Shown here piece by piece: positions 38,420-50,454 of a stretch of 64,000 nt of DNA. The DNA is from Squalus acanthias. Lineage: Eukaryota. The position numbers and the translations under genes are program-made. The notes under the pieces are model-generated. The model did not search any database, had not been told where the DNA came from, and was given only the letters and a program-made list of their open reading frames with translations. The first letter of the stretch is position 1; each line of letters opens with the position of its first letter. The stretch lies in the NCBI GenBank assembly GCA_030390025.1, contig CM059432.1, forward strand, positions 139,688,001-139,752,000, given 5' to 3'.

Positions 38420-38725
38420 TGCTCCCTCTGGCTGTCGGTTGGTGTGGACGCTGAGTGAGTGAGTGAGTGACTAGCCGCCGCCGCACGGCGCCAAACTCAA
38501 ACTCAAACTCTCCCCTTCACCTCCTCCGCTCTTATTGCACAAACATCGCCGGTTAAAGACATCCAAAGTACGAAACCAAAAATAAACTGTTTAAATCAAC
38601 TTTAGCGAAGTAGAAAAAAAAACCACCCTCAAGAGAACAAACTTCATCCCCTCCCCGCGCTGCCGCTTCCCCCGCCACTGCGCATGTGCAACCGTCGCAG
38701 CGCCTGCTGGGAATTGTAGTTTTAT
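38420..38725 (-). promoter_or_regulatory. TBC1D31 CpG-rich promoter/5'UTR with NRF1-like and ZNF143/THAP11 motifs
   Basis: TGCGCATGTGCA near 38679-38690; minus-strand ACTACAATTCCCAGCAGGC at about 38702-38720. Confidence 0.7.
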
Positions 38726-38944
38726 TTGGTTTCACTAAGCTGCTTGGTGCCTGCAGGAAATAATATTGTGATTTAATTTGTTAAGTTTTCTTTTTTTTTT
38801 TCTTTGGTATGATTTGGGTGCTTATTGTTTGTGCCCCTTCTTTTGTTAGATTTCTTTTATTTGGGTTGATGATCCAGGGTCTCCTTCAGAGTTCAATTCA
38901 AAGAGGAAACTGCTCAGGGAAGTTGATTCTGGTGTACGGTTGAT

Positions 38945-40075
38945 GTCAACCCTTCGGGATTGTCCAAGCGTCTCCAGGAATTAAAGATTAACCTCCTGGT
39001 CACTGCTGCCAGCAACCCGGGAGAAAAATCATAAGGACATATTAAAAAAATTGTATGTTTTTGATCTTTCTCTTTCCTCCTTTAAGACGCACTCCTTAAA
39101 ACCTACTTCATTGACCAAGCTTTTGGTCAGCTGCCCTAATATCTCCTTATGTGGCTCGGTGTCAGATTTTGTTTGATAATCGCTCCTGTGAAGCACCTTG
39201 GGATGTTTTACTATGTTAAAGGCACTTGGAGTGCATGTCCACAGATCCCTGAAGGTAGCAGGACAGGTAGATAAGGTGGTTAAGAAGGCATACAGGATAC
39301 TTGCCTTTATTAGCCGAGGAATAGAATATAAGAGCAGGGAGGTTATGCTTGAACTGTATAAAACATTAGTTAGGCCGCAGCTAGAATACTGCGTGCAGTT
39401 CTGGTCACCACATTACAGGAAGGATGTGATTGCACGAGAAGGGGTGCAGAGGAGATTTACGAGGATGTTGCCTGGGCTGGGGAATTTTAGCTATGAGGAA
39501 AGATTGGATAGGCTGGGGTTGTTTTCTTTGGAACAGAGGAGGTTGAGGGACGACCTAATTGAGGTGTATAAAATTATGAGGGGCCGAGATAGAGTGGATA
39601 GAAAGGACCTATTTCCCTTAGCAGAAGGGTCAATAACCAGGGGGCATAGATTTAAAGTAATTGGTCGGAGGTTTAGAGGGGATTTGAGGAGAATTTTTTT
39701 CACCCAGAGGGTGGTGGGGGTCTGGAACTCGCTGCCTGAAAGGGTGGTAGAGGCAGAGACCCTCATCACATTTAAAAAGTACTTGGATATGCACTTAAAG
39801 TGCCGTAACCTACAAGGCTATGGACCAAGTGCTGGAAAGTGGGATTAGGCTGGATAGCTCTTTGTCAGCTGGCATGGACAAGATGGGCCGAATGGCCTCC
39901 TGTGCTGTAAATTTCTATGATATAAATGCAAGTTGTTGTTGAACACTGTCACTTATTAGTTATAAAAATATTGGCGATGGCATAAAAAAGCAGTTTGACT
40001 GGGTGGGATGGTTGGAGGCAGGAAGTCATGTGATGAAATCTCCAGGAATACATCCAACCAGAGTTGGCAACCCTA
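38945..40075 (-). mobile_element. TAGGGTTGCCAAC-ended MITE copy B, interrupted by an L2 tail and CR1
   Basis: 38945-39060 and 39940-40075 match copy A; terminal CAACCAGAGTTGGCAACCCTA. Confidence 0.7.
39225..39920 (+). mobile_element. Relatively young CR1 3' fragment with open ORF2 C-terminus
   Basis: Uninterrupted ORF 39198..39848 (LYKTLVRPQLEYCVQFW); splits the L2 tail TTAAAGGC|..|TATAAATGCAAG. Confidence 0.92.
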
Positions 40076-40716
40076 GTCTGGAGTTCAAACTGTTGATTTG
40101 AACTCCACGGCTCTCCACTTGAGAGACCTGTGCTCTATAGTTAAAGCTATTCAACACTTATCTTTTTGTTTCCGTTATACAGAAAGTTTCTTTATTTTCT
40201 CCTTTTATTGGAAACCATCCTTAGAAATGAAAGGTCATCGACTTTTCAGTGGAGGTGGAACCTTACATTGAAACAGGGGAGCCCACATCCCAGACGTTCA
40301 GTAGACTTCTGATGTGTTCAAGCTCTTGTTTCTGTGGTTTGCATAAGTGTCAGCAACCTGTGACCTATGAGCCTTTGCAATCTGGCCTTTCAAGCCTAGA
40401 CAACGCAGGCTTCCAAGGCCACATATAAAGTTTAAATCCATGCTCCCATTAATTTGCATAAACCTTAAGTTGCTGTATGCCTTTTCTTAATTAAACTATA
40501 AAGAAGACACCAGGTTATGATACATTATATATTGTAGTATTCAAATATTAAGGTTTACGGTAATAATCAAATCAAGGAGTTCAGCAGAACAGAAACCATT
40601 GAAGTTTGACAGCTATGGTGATCATACATACCCAACATTATGATTGAATTATTGCAGTAGAATTCATTTGTTATGCATTACTGTGAATGGAATGTGTAAT
40701 TATATGCATATATAGT

Positions 40717-40985
40717 AAAGAAAGTACTTACATTTATTTGGAACCTTTCATGTCCCCAGGATTTCCCAAACCGCTTTATAGCCAATTAAGTGGTTTTTTC
40801 GAAGTGTAGTCACTGTTATAATGTAGGCAAATGCAGCAGCCAATTGTGCAGTGCAAGGTCCCACAAACAGCAATGAGGTAAATGATCAGCTAATCTGATT
40901 TAGCAGAGTTGGTTGAGTGATAAATATTGGTCAGGTCACCATGGGAACTGCCCTGCTCTTCTTCAAATAGCACCATGATTCTTAG
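40717..40985 (-). mobile_element. DeuSINE 3' fragment
   Basis: Homology to the other DeuSINE copies. Confidence 0.75.
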
Positions 40986-41059
40986 CCATTCATATTTACA
41001 TTACCTTAAGTTCATGCGCTTTTCTTAGACCTATTGCTGCGAGAAAGAAAGCTAGTTTT

Positions 41060-41452
41060 AAAATAAAGACAGGAAATGCTGGAAACACTCAGCAGGTCAG
41101 GCAGCTTCTGCCGAGAGAGAGAGAAACAGAGTTAACGTTTCAGGTCGATGACCTTTCTTCTGAACTGGAAAAAGTTTGAGATGTAACAGGTTTTAAGCAA
41201 GTATTGAGGCAGGGAAAGGTGGAAGGGGAGGAATGAACAAAAGAGAAAGTCTGTGATAGGGTGGAAGGCAGGAGTGACAAAAGGGATGATGGTGCAAGGC
41301 GAAAGGAGATGGTAATGGTCAGATAATTACTGTGAATTCAATGTGTAATTATATGCATATAAAGAAAGTTCTTGCCTTTATATGGAACCTTTCATGTCCC
41401 CTGGATTTCCCAAACCGCTTTACAAGTAAATAAACAAAAGATGGGTCTAGAG
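41060..41452 (-). mobile_element. Penelope-like fragment interrupted by a local duplication
   Basis: Aligns with 1690-1918; hammerhead-like motif at 41130-41166. Confidence 0.7.
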
Positions 41453-41457
41453 GTGTA

Positions 41458-41824
41458 CTCTTTTGATGCACACTAAACCAAATAAACTGTAACTAAACTT
41501 AAAACATTAAAGGAAACTTAATAAATTAAATTAAAATTTGGTTACAGGGTTGATGAAGCACTCCAGTCCCTGCAGTGCCCACCGGTCATGGAAGGCCTCA
41601 AGCGTGCTGGCAGACACTGCCACCCGGGCGCAAACGTGGCCGTGGAAGAGAGGCAGGCAGTCCGGCCGAACGACCCCCTCGACCGCCCGCTGCCTGGACC
41701 AGTTGATGGCCACTTTGGCCAGGCCCAGGAGCAGTCCTACGAGGAGGCTCCCCCCCCCGACCTGCCCGCTCCCCTCCGTGCCGGGTGACCAAAGATCAGG
41801 AGCGTGGGACTGAAGTGCAGCCAA
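41458..41824 (-). mobile_element. Tx1-type (L1 clade) LINE 3' end
   Basis: LLLGLAKVAINWSRQRAVEG..DCLPLF..TLEAFHDRWA plus T-rich 3'UTR. Confidence 0.75.
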
Positions 41825-41998
41825 CTGGAGATGGAGCACGCGGTGTCCGCCGGCACGCTTGAGTTTTTCCGCGACCGGTGGGCGCCGTGGGGGCTGGAGT
41901 GCATCGTCACCCCGGACTACCAAATTTTAATTTGATTTGTTAAGTTTCCTTTAAAGTTTTATTTAGTTACAGTTACGTTATTGGTTTGATCAAAAGAA
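41825..41998 (+). mobile_element. Second Tx1-type 3' end in opposite orientation
   Basis: LEMEHAVSAGTLEFFRDRWAPWGLECIVTPDYQILI* plus a 3'UTR homologous to the reverse complement of 41458-41540. Confidence 0.75.
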
Positions 41999-42299
41999 GA
42001 AGTGCAGCCAAAAATCGAGGCGCAGCCCCTTCAAATAGTGGAAGAGGGGCTGCAACCTCTCACACTCCATATATACGTGGAACACGGACTCCTCCAGGCC
42101 GCAGAAAAGGCAGGCGGCCTGCTAGAGGAGGTGCAAATGGGAATAGCAGAATCATCAACAGCTGCCATCCGGGAAAAAAATGGGGGCAGAGGTTATGATC
42201 TGAAACTGTTGAACTGAATGTTTCCAGAAGGCTGGTTATTATATTGGCCTGTGTTTCTGCGCTGCAAAAAAAAAATGCTGTGTAACAGTGCAGAGCAGC

Positions 42300-42542
42300 T
42301 GATTGCCCTGTGACCCGGAAGCTGTGCATTGGCCGTGTGTCGTGCAGCCACGTCAGGGGAAGTGGGGGGCCATTTCCCCTCGGGCAGTGGGTGAGAGGTG
42401 ATCGGTGGTGGGCCGGGCCCTGACACTGTGAGTGAGTGAGTGAGTGCGAGGAAGAGGGCCGAGAGAGTTGTTGGGCCGCTTCCACCACCATCTCCTTCAC
42501 CTTCATCCTTCATCCTTCCCCCCTGGCCGTGTGAAGAGCGCG
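42300..42542 (+). promoter_or_regulatory. DERL1 promoter/5'UTR with ETS, CCAAT and UPRE motifs
   Basis: CCGGAAG 42315-42321; ATTGG 42328-42332; CCACGTCA (reverse complement TGACGTGG) 42348-42355. Confidence 0.65.
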
Positions 42543-42701
42543 ATGGCGGAGAGCGGCCTAGGCGAGTGGTACCGCAGCATCCCCCTGGTTACCAGGTACT
42601 GGTTCACGGGCAGTATCATCTTCCCCGTCCTGGAGCGGTTGAACATGGTCAGCGCCAGGTCTTTAGTGCTGTGGTCGGAGCCTTTCTTCCACAAATTCCA
42701 G
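42543..42701 (+). CDS. DERL1: Derlin-1 coding exon 1
   Basis: Kozak GCGATGG; MAESGLGEWYRSIPLVTRYWF..LWSEPFFHKFQ|gtacag; 159 nt. Confidence 0.93.
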
Positions 42702-44699
42702 GTACAGTAAACACCTTTATCAAGCACTGCCAACACCCGCCGGGGGGGGGGTCAAGCGAAGCTCTAACCCACCTAATCCCCCACTTTGTAAACGTTTCCT
42801 CCCCTCATCCTCAATTTACATTATGAGATATAAATTAAATTAACCGAATTGCCTCATCAGTATCCATTCTGATTTGATTCTGCTCCTCCTCGATGAGGAA
42901 CGAGGTGGAGAGGTTTAGGCAGGGAATTTCAGAGTTTAGGGCCTAGGTAACAGAAGGCACGACCACCAAAGGTTGAGCGATTATAATCTTTTACAAAAGC
43001 AGAATATTGCGGATGCTCGAAATCCCTGAAATGAAAACCCTAACGATGACCTTTTTAGTTTGTAAGAAGCAGTTTGTGTACAGTAGTTGGAAGGGGATGT
43101 CCACTTTTTTCTGATAGTTCAGTAATCCTGTGGGGAAAAAAGTGTATAATCCTTTGTAACTGATACACACGTGTAAAGTTTTAGTGTTGTAGAATGGACA
43201 TTGTATTGAGAATATAAACTTTCATTCACATGTATTTGTAAATATATTTACATTTCTATGAATATATTTAAATATATGTAAAGGATTCATCAGGCGTTGG
43301 AGTTTGCATGTCATAGGATGACGGTTGCACTTTGACTGGGGCTGATTGTGATTCGCTATTATGAATCTAGCTCTTTTTCATCACTTGTGCTGCCTTTTTG
43401 CAAACTAAAAATGTGGCAACTTTAATAATTTAGCAATAGGTAAATGACATGACTTCTAAATTAGGGAGAGTTGCTTATGTAACAATGATTACAAAATATT
43501 TTTCCGCATCAAGTAAATCCTATTTTCAAGACCCTCTCCACTTTCCATCCCAATTACAAATTACATTCAAAGGAATTGTAACAGTACTGTATAAAAGTTT
43601 TATAACTATGCTCTTCATTGCCTGACAACATCAGTTTAAGGCAGTTAGCACATTTTACTAATGATCCTTTTATTTAGGGCTAGAAATCGCAGTGAGGTTG
43701 TACAAGTCCAGCCAAAATATTGCACCACACTGGTGATGCTGTAGCAGTAGAATAACTGCAGCAGTCCTTACAAAGAAATGCGGAGATATCTGTTTCTGAC
43801 CAGCATAGATTATATGGATTCAGCTTGTTGGCATGCTTTCTTAATTTTTTTTTTAAAGCATTTTTTAAATCCAGCTTTCTTTCCGCCATTCTTGAAGTTG
43901 TTGACTCTGGCTGGGCTCCACAGTTGCCAGCGGCCCTCCCCCAGCTTGCCTATGTGGCCATTCTTCATGTGTGGGCCTAGAGTGAGTGTTGGTAGGCTAT
44001 TCAACCATGATGAGCATCCTGTTGAGTTTGATTCTGTTCACGTGCACTTGTTAGTAGTGGGTGGTGGGGGGGGGGGGGGGGGGGAATGTTACTGGATAAC
44101 AATCTGGAGTGGGTTCCGTGGCTAATTTTTCCCCTTCTGAACCAGTTTTCAATTCAATTGCCGTGCCCCTACTGCTGCCCTCCGACTGAGAACGGCTAAC
44201 CTGGCACAAGTTGGAGATTGAACAGTGGGCCTATCCAGTCTGACCTTCCGTAACCAGTGGGCACGGCAGGACATTAATTGTGCATTTGATCACAATAACG
44301 ACATGGCCATTTAGTTCAGGTTAAATTCCTTTTGGTTTGATTGGGCCTTGGGTTAAATTATTTTTAGTGGTCCCCTCCTAAAAGGGGGCACTTGGGGTAC
44401 TGATTTCTGGCCGGTGACATTGGGGTTCCCGGTGCCACCCCTACTGCTCCGATTAACATGGCTCAGTTCCACGCTAGTAATGCAGCTCAGCTATCTGAGC
44501 TCTTGCTCATCATTGCAAAAGCATTGTGTGCAACAGATGTTATCTGCACGCTGGCATCCTTTGAAATAGCTGCCTACCACCATACATTCTCAGGTAATGG
44601 GGGGGGGAGGGATTAGGTAAATGAGTGCTAACATTACTGGCAAACTTATATTTTGTATCAGTATCTTGGCATTTATTAAAGCAGTGAGGTTGAAGCTTT

Positions 44700-44969
44700 C
44701 ATAGGATTACATAGGATATAAGGCACAGAAACCGGCCATTCGGCCCAACCAGTCCATGCCAGCGTTTATGCTCCACTCGAGCCTCCTTCCGTCTTTCCTC
44801 ATCTAAATCTATCAGCATGACCCTCTATTCCCTTCTCCCTCATATGCTTGTCCAGCCTCCCCTTAAATGCATCTATATTATTTGCTTCAACCACTCCCTG
44901 TGGTAGCAAGTTCCACATTCTCCCCACTCTTTGGGTAAAGAAGTTTCTTCTGAATTCCCTATTGGATTT
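44700..44969 (-). mobile_element. CR1 3' tail
   Basis: Homologous to 16998-17282. Confidence 0.8.
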
Positions 44970-46212
44970 CAGAAGTGATCAGAGTGTACACTAAATATAA
45001 ATGTATAATATATGTCAGATCAAAAGGAGTTTTAATGAGATGGCTTCAAGAATGAGAGGAAAACAGCAATTTGCACAGTTTATAGGCGAGGTACAGCCTA
45101 TTACCGCATGTTTAATCTTGCTTCATTATATTAAAATACACTTGAACCAATTGCATTGCGGTGCAATCTTAAGTCGGGTAGTCTTTTAAGGTGGAGTCAG
45201 GTCTGTATTATGGGGAATTTTTTTTATTGTGGAACTGATCGTTCAGAACCACAGCAATAACTGCTTTGAAACTCCCAGCAACACACGTGGTTGGTGCATG
45301 AAGTCTGATACAACAGAATCCATACAGTCTCGGGTTGATACTTTAAGGAATTTATGGCAAAAATTGATCATGTGGCACCATTACACTGCCACGCAAAGTA
45401 ACAGAATCTAGATGATGATATAACTAACTAGAATTTTCGTAAATGTACCTGGAGGTTCCTTCCATGACATCGTTCGGTATATTCTGCAGCTGAAGTAACT
45501 GGATCTCTTGGTAACAATTATTGGCATTTCCCTTAATTCCAGCATAGGTATCCCAACAGGGTTGCATTTATTCAGTACGTGTATGTTTTTATCGGAGCAG
45601 AATTCTTTGTGGACAGTTTCTGAAACTTCAATAATAATCACTACTAGCAGCAGGTCTCGTGTGGCATTGCTCTCGGCGAGTCTGAGGAGATGCTGTTTTT
45701 TTTTTGTCGGGAACATTATACCATTTCATGCATAAAACATATATTGGAAACATTTCTAAAATATGTTTTATGCGTTACATGGTATAATGTTGTGTGTATA
45801 AAGAAACCAGGGAATTCTCCAGGTGTGCTAAATACCAGAATATCTACAGTATACTAGAAATTGACCTCTATGAACTCTCCCTATGTATACTTGACAGAAA
45901 TTTAGATTTTTTTTTAGCCTTAAAGATGTATGCATCTATACTTTAGCAGCAGAGTAATATATTTGGCCGGAATTTGCTGGAACAGGGCATCTTACAGCAT
46001 GCCCCGATAATTAGACTTTTCCCCTTACTCTTCAGCTTCTTCTTACTTGGGTTATTAAGGTGATGGGAGTTTAAGTGGTTCTGGAAAGAAATTTTTGAAT
46101 TGTTCTATTTAATAAAATTGAAATTATTTCTGCAGATTTTAATTAAGTGGATTTTATGTTTAAAGCTACACCGTGTTCTTTCCTTGTCCTCTCAATTTTC
46201 TCCTCCTCCTAA

Positions 46213-47545
46213 AAAAGAAAGACTTGTATTTCTACAACGCCTTTCATGACCTCAGGATGTCCCAAAGTGCTTTACAGCCAATGAAGTACTTTTTTTTTTG
46301 AAGTGTAGTCACTGTTGCAATGTAGGAAGCGTGGCAGCCAATTTGTGCACAGCAAGGTCCCACAAACAGCAATTTGTTAGAGACCAGATAATCTGTTTTT
46401 AGTGCTGTTGGTTGAGGGATAAATATTGGCCAGGTTACCGGGGAGAACTCCCCTGCTCTTCTTGAAATAGTGCCATGGGATCTTTAAATCCATTACTGAG
46501 GGAGTGCTGCACTGTCACAGGTGCCGTCTTTCGGATGAGACGTCAAACCGAGGCCCCATCTGCCCCCTCAGGTGGATGTAAAAGATCTTGTGGCACTATT
46601 TTTAAAGAGCCGGGGAGTTCTCCCTGGTGTCCTGGATAATGGCCCGGAATTTGCTGTCAGCGGTGAAACAAAGGCGTTCGCCGCTGGCCCCGAAGAAAGC
46701 TGCCCACAAAGACCTTGCGATCTCTGTGGTGAGAAGTTTGCCTTTCTCGACGCGCAAGTCAGACTAGTGGGGAACTCCCAGTGCGAGCTGCTGTGACGTC
46801 AACAAGCTGTCTAAGCAGCCAATCACAATGCAGAATTCTCAGACGGGGAACCAGGAAGTGAAGAAGTTGCTTTTATTCGGACTTTAAAAAAATGTTAGAG
46901 AGCAAAACAAAGATTGGGGCTCTCACATGGGGAAAAGGCAAACCTGAAATAAATATGAACAAACTTTTAAAAAATGTATTTTTTTTTAAAGTTTCATAAA
47001 AGTTGTAATTTTTATCATAAAGGAGAAATTTGACACTCCACATCAGTTTTTCAGGGCCGTAACATTTGTTTATCCGTCAATACGCTGTTAAAACCCCAGT
47101 TACACCTAATCCAACAAGGTCTAACTTTTAATGTGGTATTTAACAGCGATATTACCGTGGAAAAGCCGAAGGTTTTGTCAAGTTTTGCTGATTGCCGGCT
47201 ATGGGGATCCACAGCGCAGTCAGTGTTGGAGCAGTGAATGATTGACCGCAACTTCAGGATTTCTGCGTTAGGATGCGCAAGCGCTACATCCTGAAGTTGC
47301 GGTCAGTTTCAAAGGGGTAATAACAGCGAACACTGTTCCTTTGCTGTTATTACCCACTGCAAATTCTGGGCCATTATTTATCCCTCATCACCATTGCTGT
47401 TTGTGGGACCTTGCTGTGTGTAAATTAGCTGCCACATTTCCTACATTACAAGGACTACACCTCAAAAATAATTAATTGGCTGTAAAGTGCTTTGGGACGT
47501 CCTGAGGTCGTGAAAGGTGCTATATAAATGCAAGTCTTTTTTTTA
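46213..47545. mobile_element. Two abutting DeuSINE pieces: (-) 46213-46492 and (+) 46494-47545, the latter split by a MITE
   Basis: Deu-like domain continues CCTGG..|..TATTTATCCCTCA across 46641-47372. Confidence 0.75.
46641..47372. mobile_element. Harbinger-like MITE
   Basis: TIR GGCCCGGAATTTGC / GCAAATTCTGGGCC. Confidence 0.72.
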
Positions 47546-48994
47546 AGAGGCAAAAAAGAGTATACTGAAGTGAGAAATAAAGATTATAAAGTGAACAAAG
47601 AAAAATATTCAAGGCGGCAAGACAGATAGCCACATTAAGTCAGCAGGACAGTTCTGTAGCAACGATTGGATGCCTCAAAGCTTTAGTGTCACTATGGGTT
47701 TTCTTGCTGCTATATATTCATTAATGTAATGCTAATAGTATCATTAATGCTCATTGGTTCAACAGCCCAGCTCTTGTGCTCCTTGCATCTGAAAATAAAA
47801 GTGTTCAAAGGGTCAAAAGTTGATTTTGGTGTAGGATATGTTCAAAGCTTTGAATTGCTCTTCCTCCTCTCACCTTCCCCCTCCCCCCCCCCCCCCCCCC
47901 CCCCCTAAAAATTGGGTAGAATCTGATTTTTATCCCCCCCCCAAAATGTAATATTCTGTGTTCGTATACTACATGTAACGCCTCTTGTAGTATTATCAAA
48001 GACAACTTGATTTATATAGGCGTTCTCGTGGAGAACAGCATCTCGGAGTGTTTTACAGAGCGAGGGAAGAAGAAAAGGTGGAGACCAAGTAGCAGGGGGG
48101 CAAAAAAAGCAGAAAGTCGGCGAGGGGAACAGCCTGGTCAAAGAGAAGGATTTTTAAGGAGGCAGCGGGTTTATATGCATTTGGCACCATTTTCATTTTG
48201 GGTAGACCGTGGAGTGTTGCAGTTACATCACATGCCTGTGCAATGGGGGAGCCATGGCTCCCATGTTCAAATGCACGTATGTAGTGCTGCTAATTTCTTT
48301 CTGCTCGTAAAGTGCCTGTTGACTGAAAAGAGCTGACAGAATAGTCATTATTTTGCAATACATAGAACTTCTAATCCTGTACAATGAGTAAAAGGCATCA
48401 TACCAGTGACATTTGTACTGCTGATGCAAAGCAAACAGAAGACATTTAAAGATCTTTGTACTGGTGCAGGTTAGGATTCACAGCATCACTCTGCACTATT
48501 GTCATTGGTAAGCCAAATGCCTTGGTGAGACACCATTGTGAAAACTGCAGTATAACTGCATTTAAATTTAGATCTAGTTTACATTTTTATAACTGGTACC
48601 AACCCTTGAATTTGGACATATCAACCAAACTTTCACTGTACTGTGATTGGTGTACTTGACATGTGGATGTCTTGTGTTGCTCATGGTAAGTTGGATGAGG
48701 AGCTTTGTGCATTACACGTTATAATGTATTATTCTGTTGCTAAAGTGAAGCTGTGTCCTTTTAAGACTAGAACGTCAAATTAATAAGCAAGCACTAGGTG
48801 AATTCATTCAAAGGTTAATTGCTATTCCGGCTGCAGATCAGGTTGCAGATATTGTGACTCTGGAATTTTCTCTGTTCCTGGAGATTTTTTCTATGCATTC
48901 CAAATGACAGCCTTTGCTTCTTTGCACTTTTTTTTGAAAGTGTGACAGAGACAGGGAGACAGATTGTGATGGCAGGTAGTATATGTTAGACATA

Positions 48995-49896
48995 GTGGCC
49001 CTGAATTCACGGTTGGCGGCGTAGCTAAGGAGTACGCTGCCGACATCCGAACGAAATCCGCACTTGCCTCGTGTGAACCCCCCCCCCTTCGTGAAGTTGC
49101 TTTCAAACGCTGCAGATTTGTGTGCAGCGTAGTGACCCACAGATCCCAGGGACGCACCGTTGTGTGTATGCGAACCTGGATCACGTGGGGCAGTGCTCCT
49201 TTCACTTCCTGACTCTTGGCCAATCAGGAAACAGAGGAGATTGCTGATTTGCCCACAATGCTATTTTATTAATAAATTACGATCCTTGCAATAGTATTTA
49301 ATACACAAACCAAGATTATAATACACAAACCTATCATTACAGTCTCCTTTATTAGACTACCTAACTTTTGATTAATTTAAATCATCTAAAATCGAGAGTT
49401 TAAATGTCTGATAACATGAGGAAATCATGAAAGTGAATTAACTGCTATCTAAATAGAAGTTGGGGAATGATTAAACTGAAACTACAAAAGGATTTTGGGC
49501 AGCAAAGACAGTGACACAAAAAGACCCTGATAAGTTTCTTTCAATGTTTTTATCCACTCAGACATGAACCAGTGCCTCACTGTAGCATTAAAATAATACA
49601 ATTTTCTAATTCCCCCCCCCCACCCCCCTTACGCTGTGCAACAGGCTCTTGCGCCTGTTTGCACCAGACGTAAAAAAATTCAGGGTAATTGATGCACATT
49701 AGGTGGGCAATTGCCCAACATTTTGCCAGCACGTTGATTTGAATGGGTCGGTGAAACATGCAGCGAAGCCAGTGTGCAGTCGGAACTTGACAGATCGCAA
49801 GTTCATGCGGAAATCCAGAACTTGCGGTCAATTTCAAAGGCGGTATGACTGCGTACTCAGAGTACGGCGTCATACCAACCGCAAATTCAGGGACAC
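48995..49896. mobile_element. MITE just upstream of DERL1 exon 2
   Basis: TIR GTGGCCCTGAATTCACGGTTGG / CCAACCGCAAATTCAGGGACAC. Confidence 0.65.
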
Positions 49897-49990
49897 TATT
49901 TTTGTCAAATAGTGTGCATCGTTTGTTTATTATTATACTGATGGTATTGTGTGAAGCTAATGAATAACCAAGCTTGTTTTTTGCATACAG

Positions 49991-50090
49991 ATATGGAGGC
50001 CGATAACTGCATGCCTGTTTTACCCAATGGGATTCCATTACTTGATTCAGCTCTACTTCATGTATTCATATTCCTCTAGCTTGGAAAGAG
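49991..50090 (+). CDS. DERL1: Derlin-1 exon 2 (rhomboid WR motif)
   Basis: cag|IWRPITACLFYPMGFHYLIQLYFMYSYSSSLER(G)|gtatgt; 100 nt. Confidence 0.93.
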
Positions 50091-50454
50091 GTATGTTTCC
50101 ACTGTGTGCATGCACTGGATCCAGTGAGTCTGTACCTAGTCTTTCAAAGCATTTATTCAGAAAAGTTCTGTAAAAATGTAAATGACAATACTATTACAGG
50201 AGTTTGGCTAAAGTAAAAGTAGATGCCCTTGCTAAAATTGACATTTTAAAAAGCATATTTAAAAAAAAAAAAATCTTTGGAAGTAGAGTATTTTGCTTAC
50301 AGTCTTTCATATTCTTAAAGGGGCAACATTGCTGTTAAACTTTAGTTTCTGAAGCATTATTTGTTACACAAGCATGGGACACAACTATGCAATCCACATT
50401 ACAAAACATCATTGCACTTGATGTTAGTCTGCTATATTTGTCACAGCTTTTCTA

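Noticed and set aside
36055..38454. Long ORFs of 799, 696 and 537 aa
   Set aside because: They are translations of a minisatellite with no stop codons on the plus strand; the frame shifts with G-run length and they are antisense to TBC1D31 intron 1
39198..39848. 216-aa intact ORF between the two genes as a new gene
   Set aside because: It is a typical CR1 ORF2 C-terminus, 5'-truncated, with a TTG start inside an L2 tail
42444..42542. N-terminal extension of DERL1 from an upstream in-frame GTG
   Set aside because: The ATG at 42543 has a strong Kozak context and aligns with the known start; no evidence for non-AUG initiation
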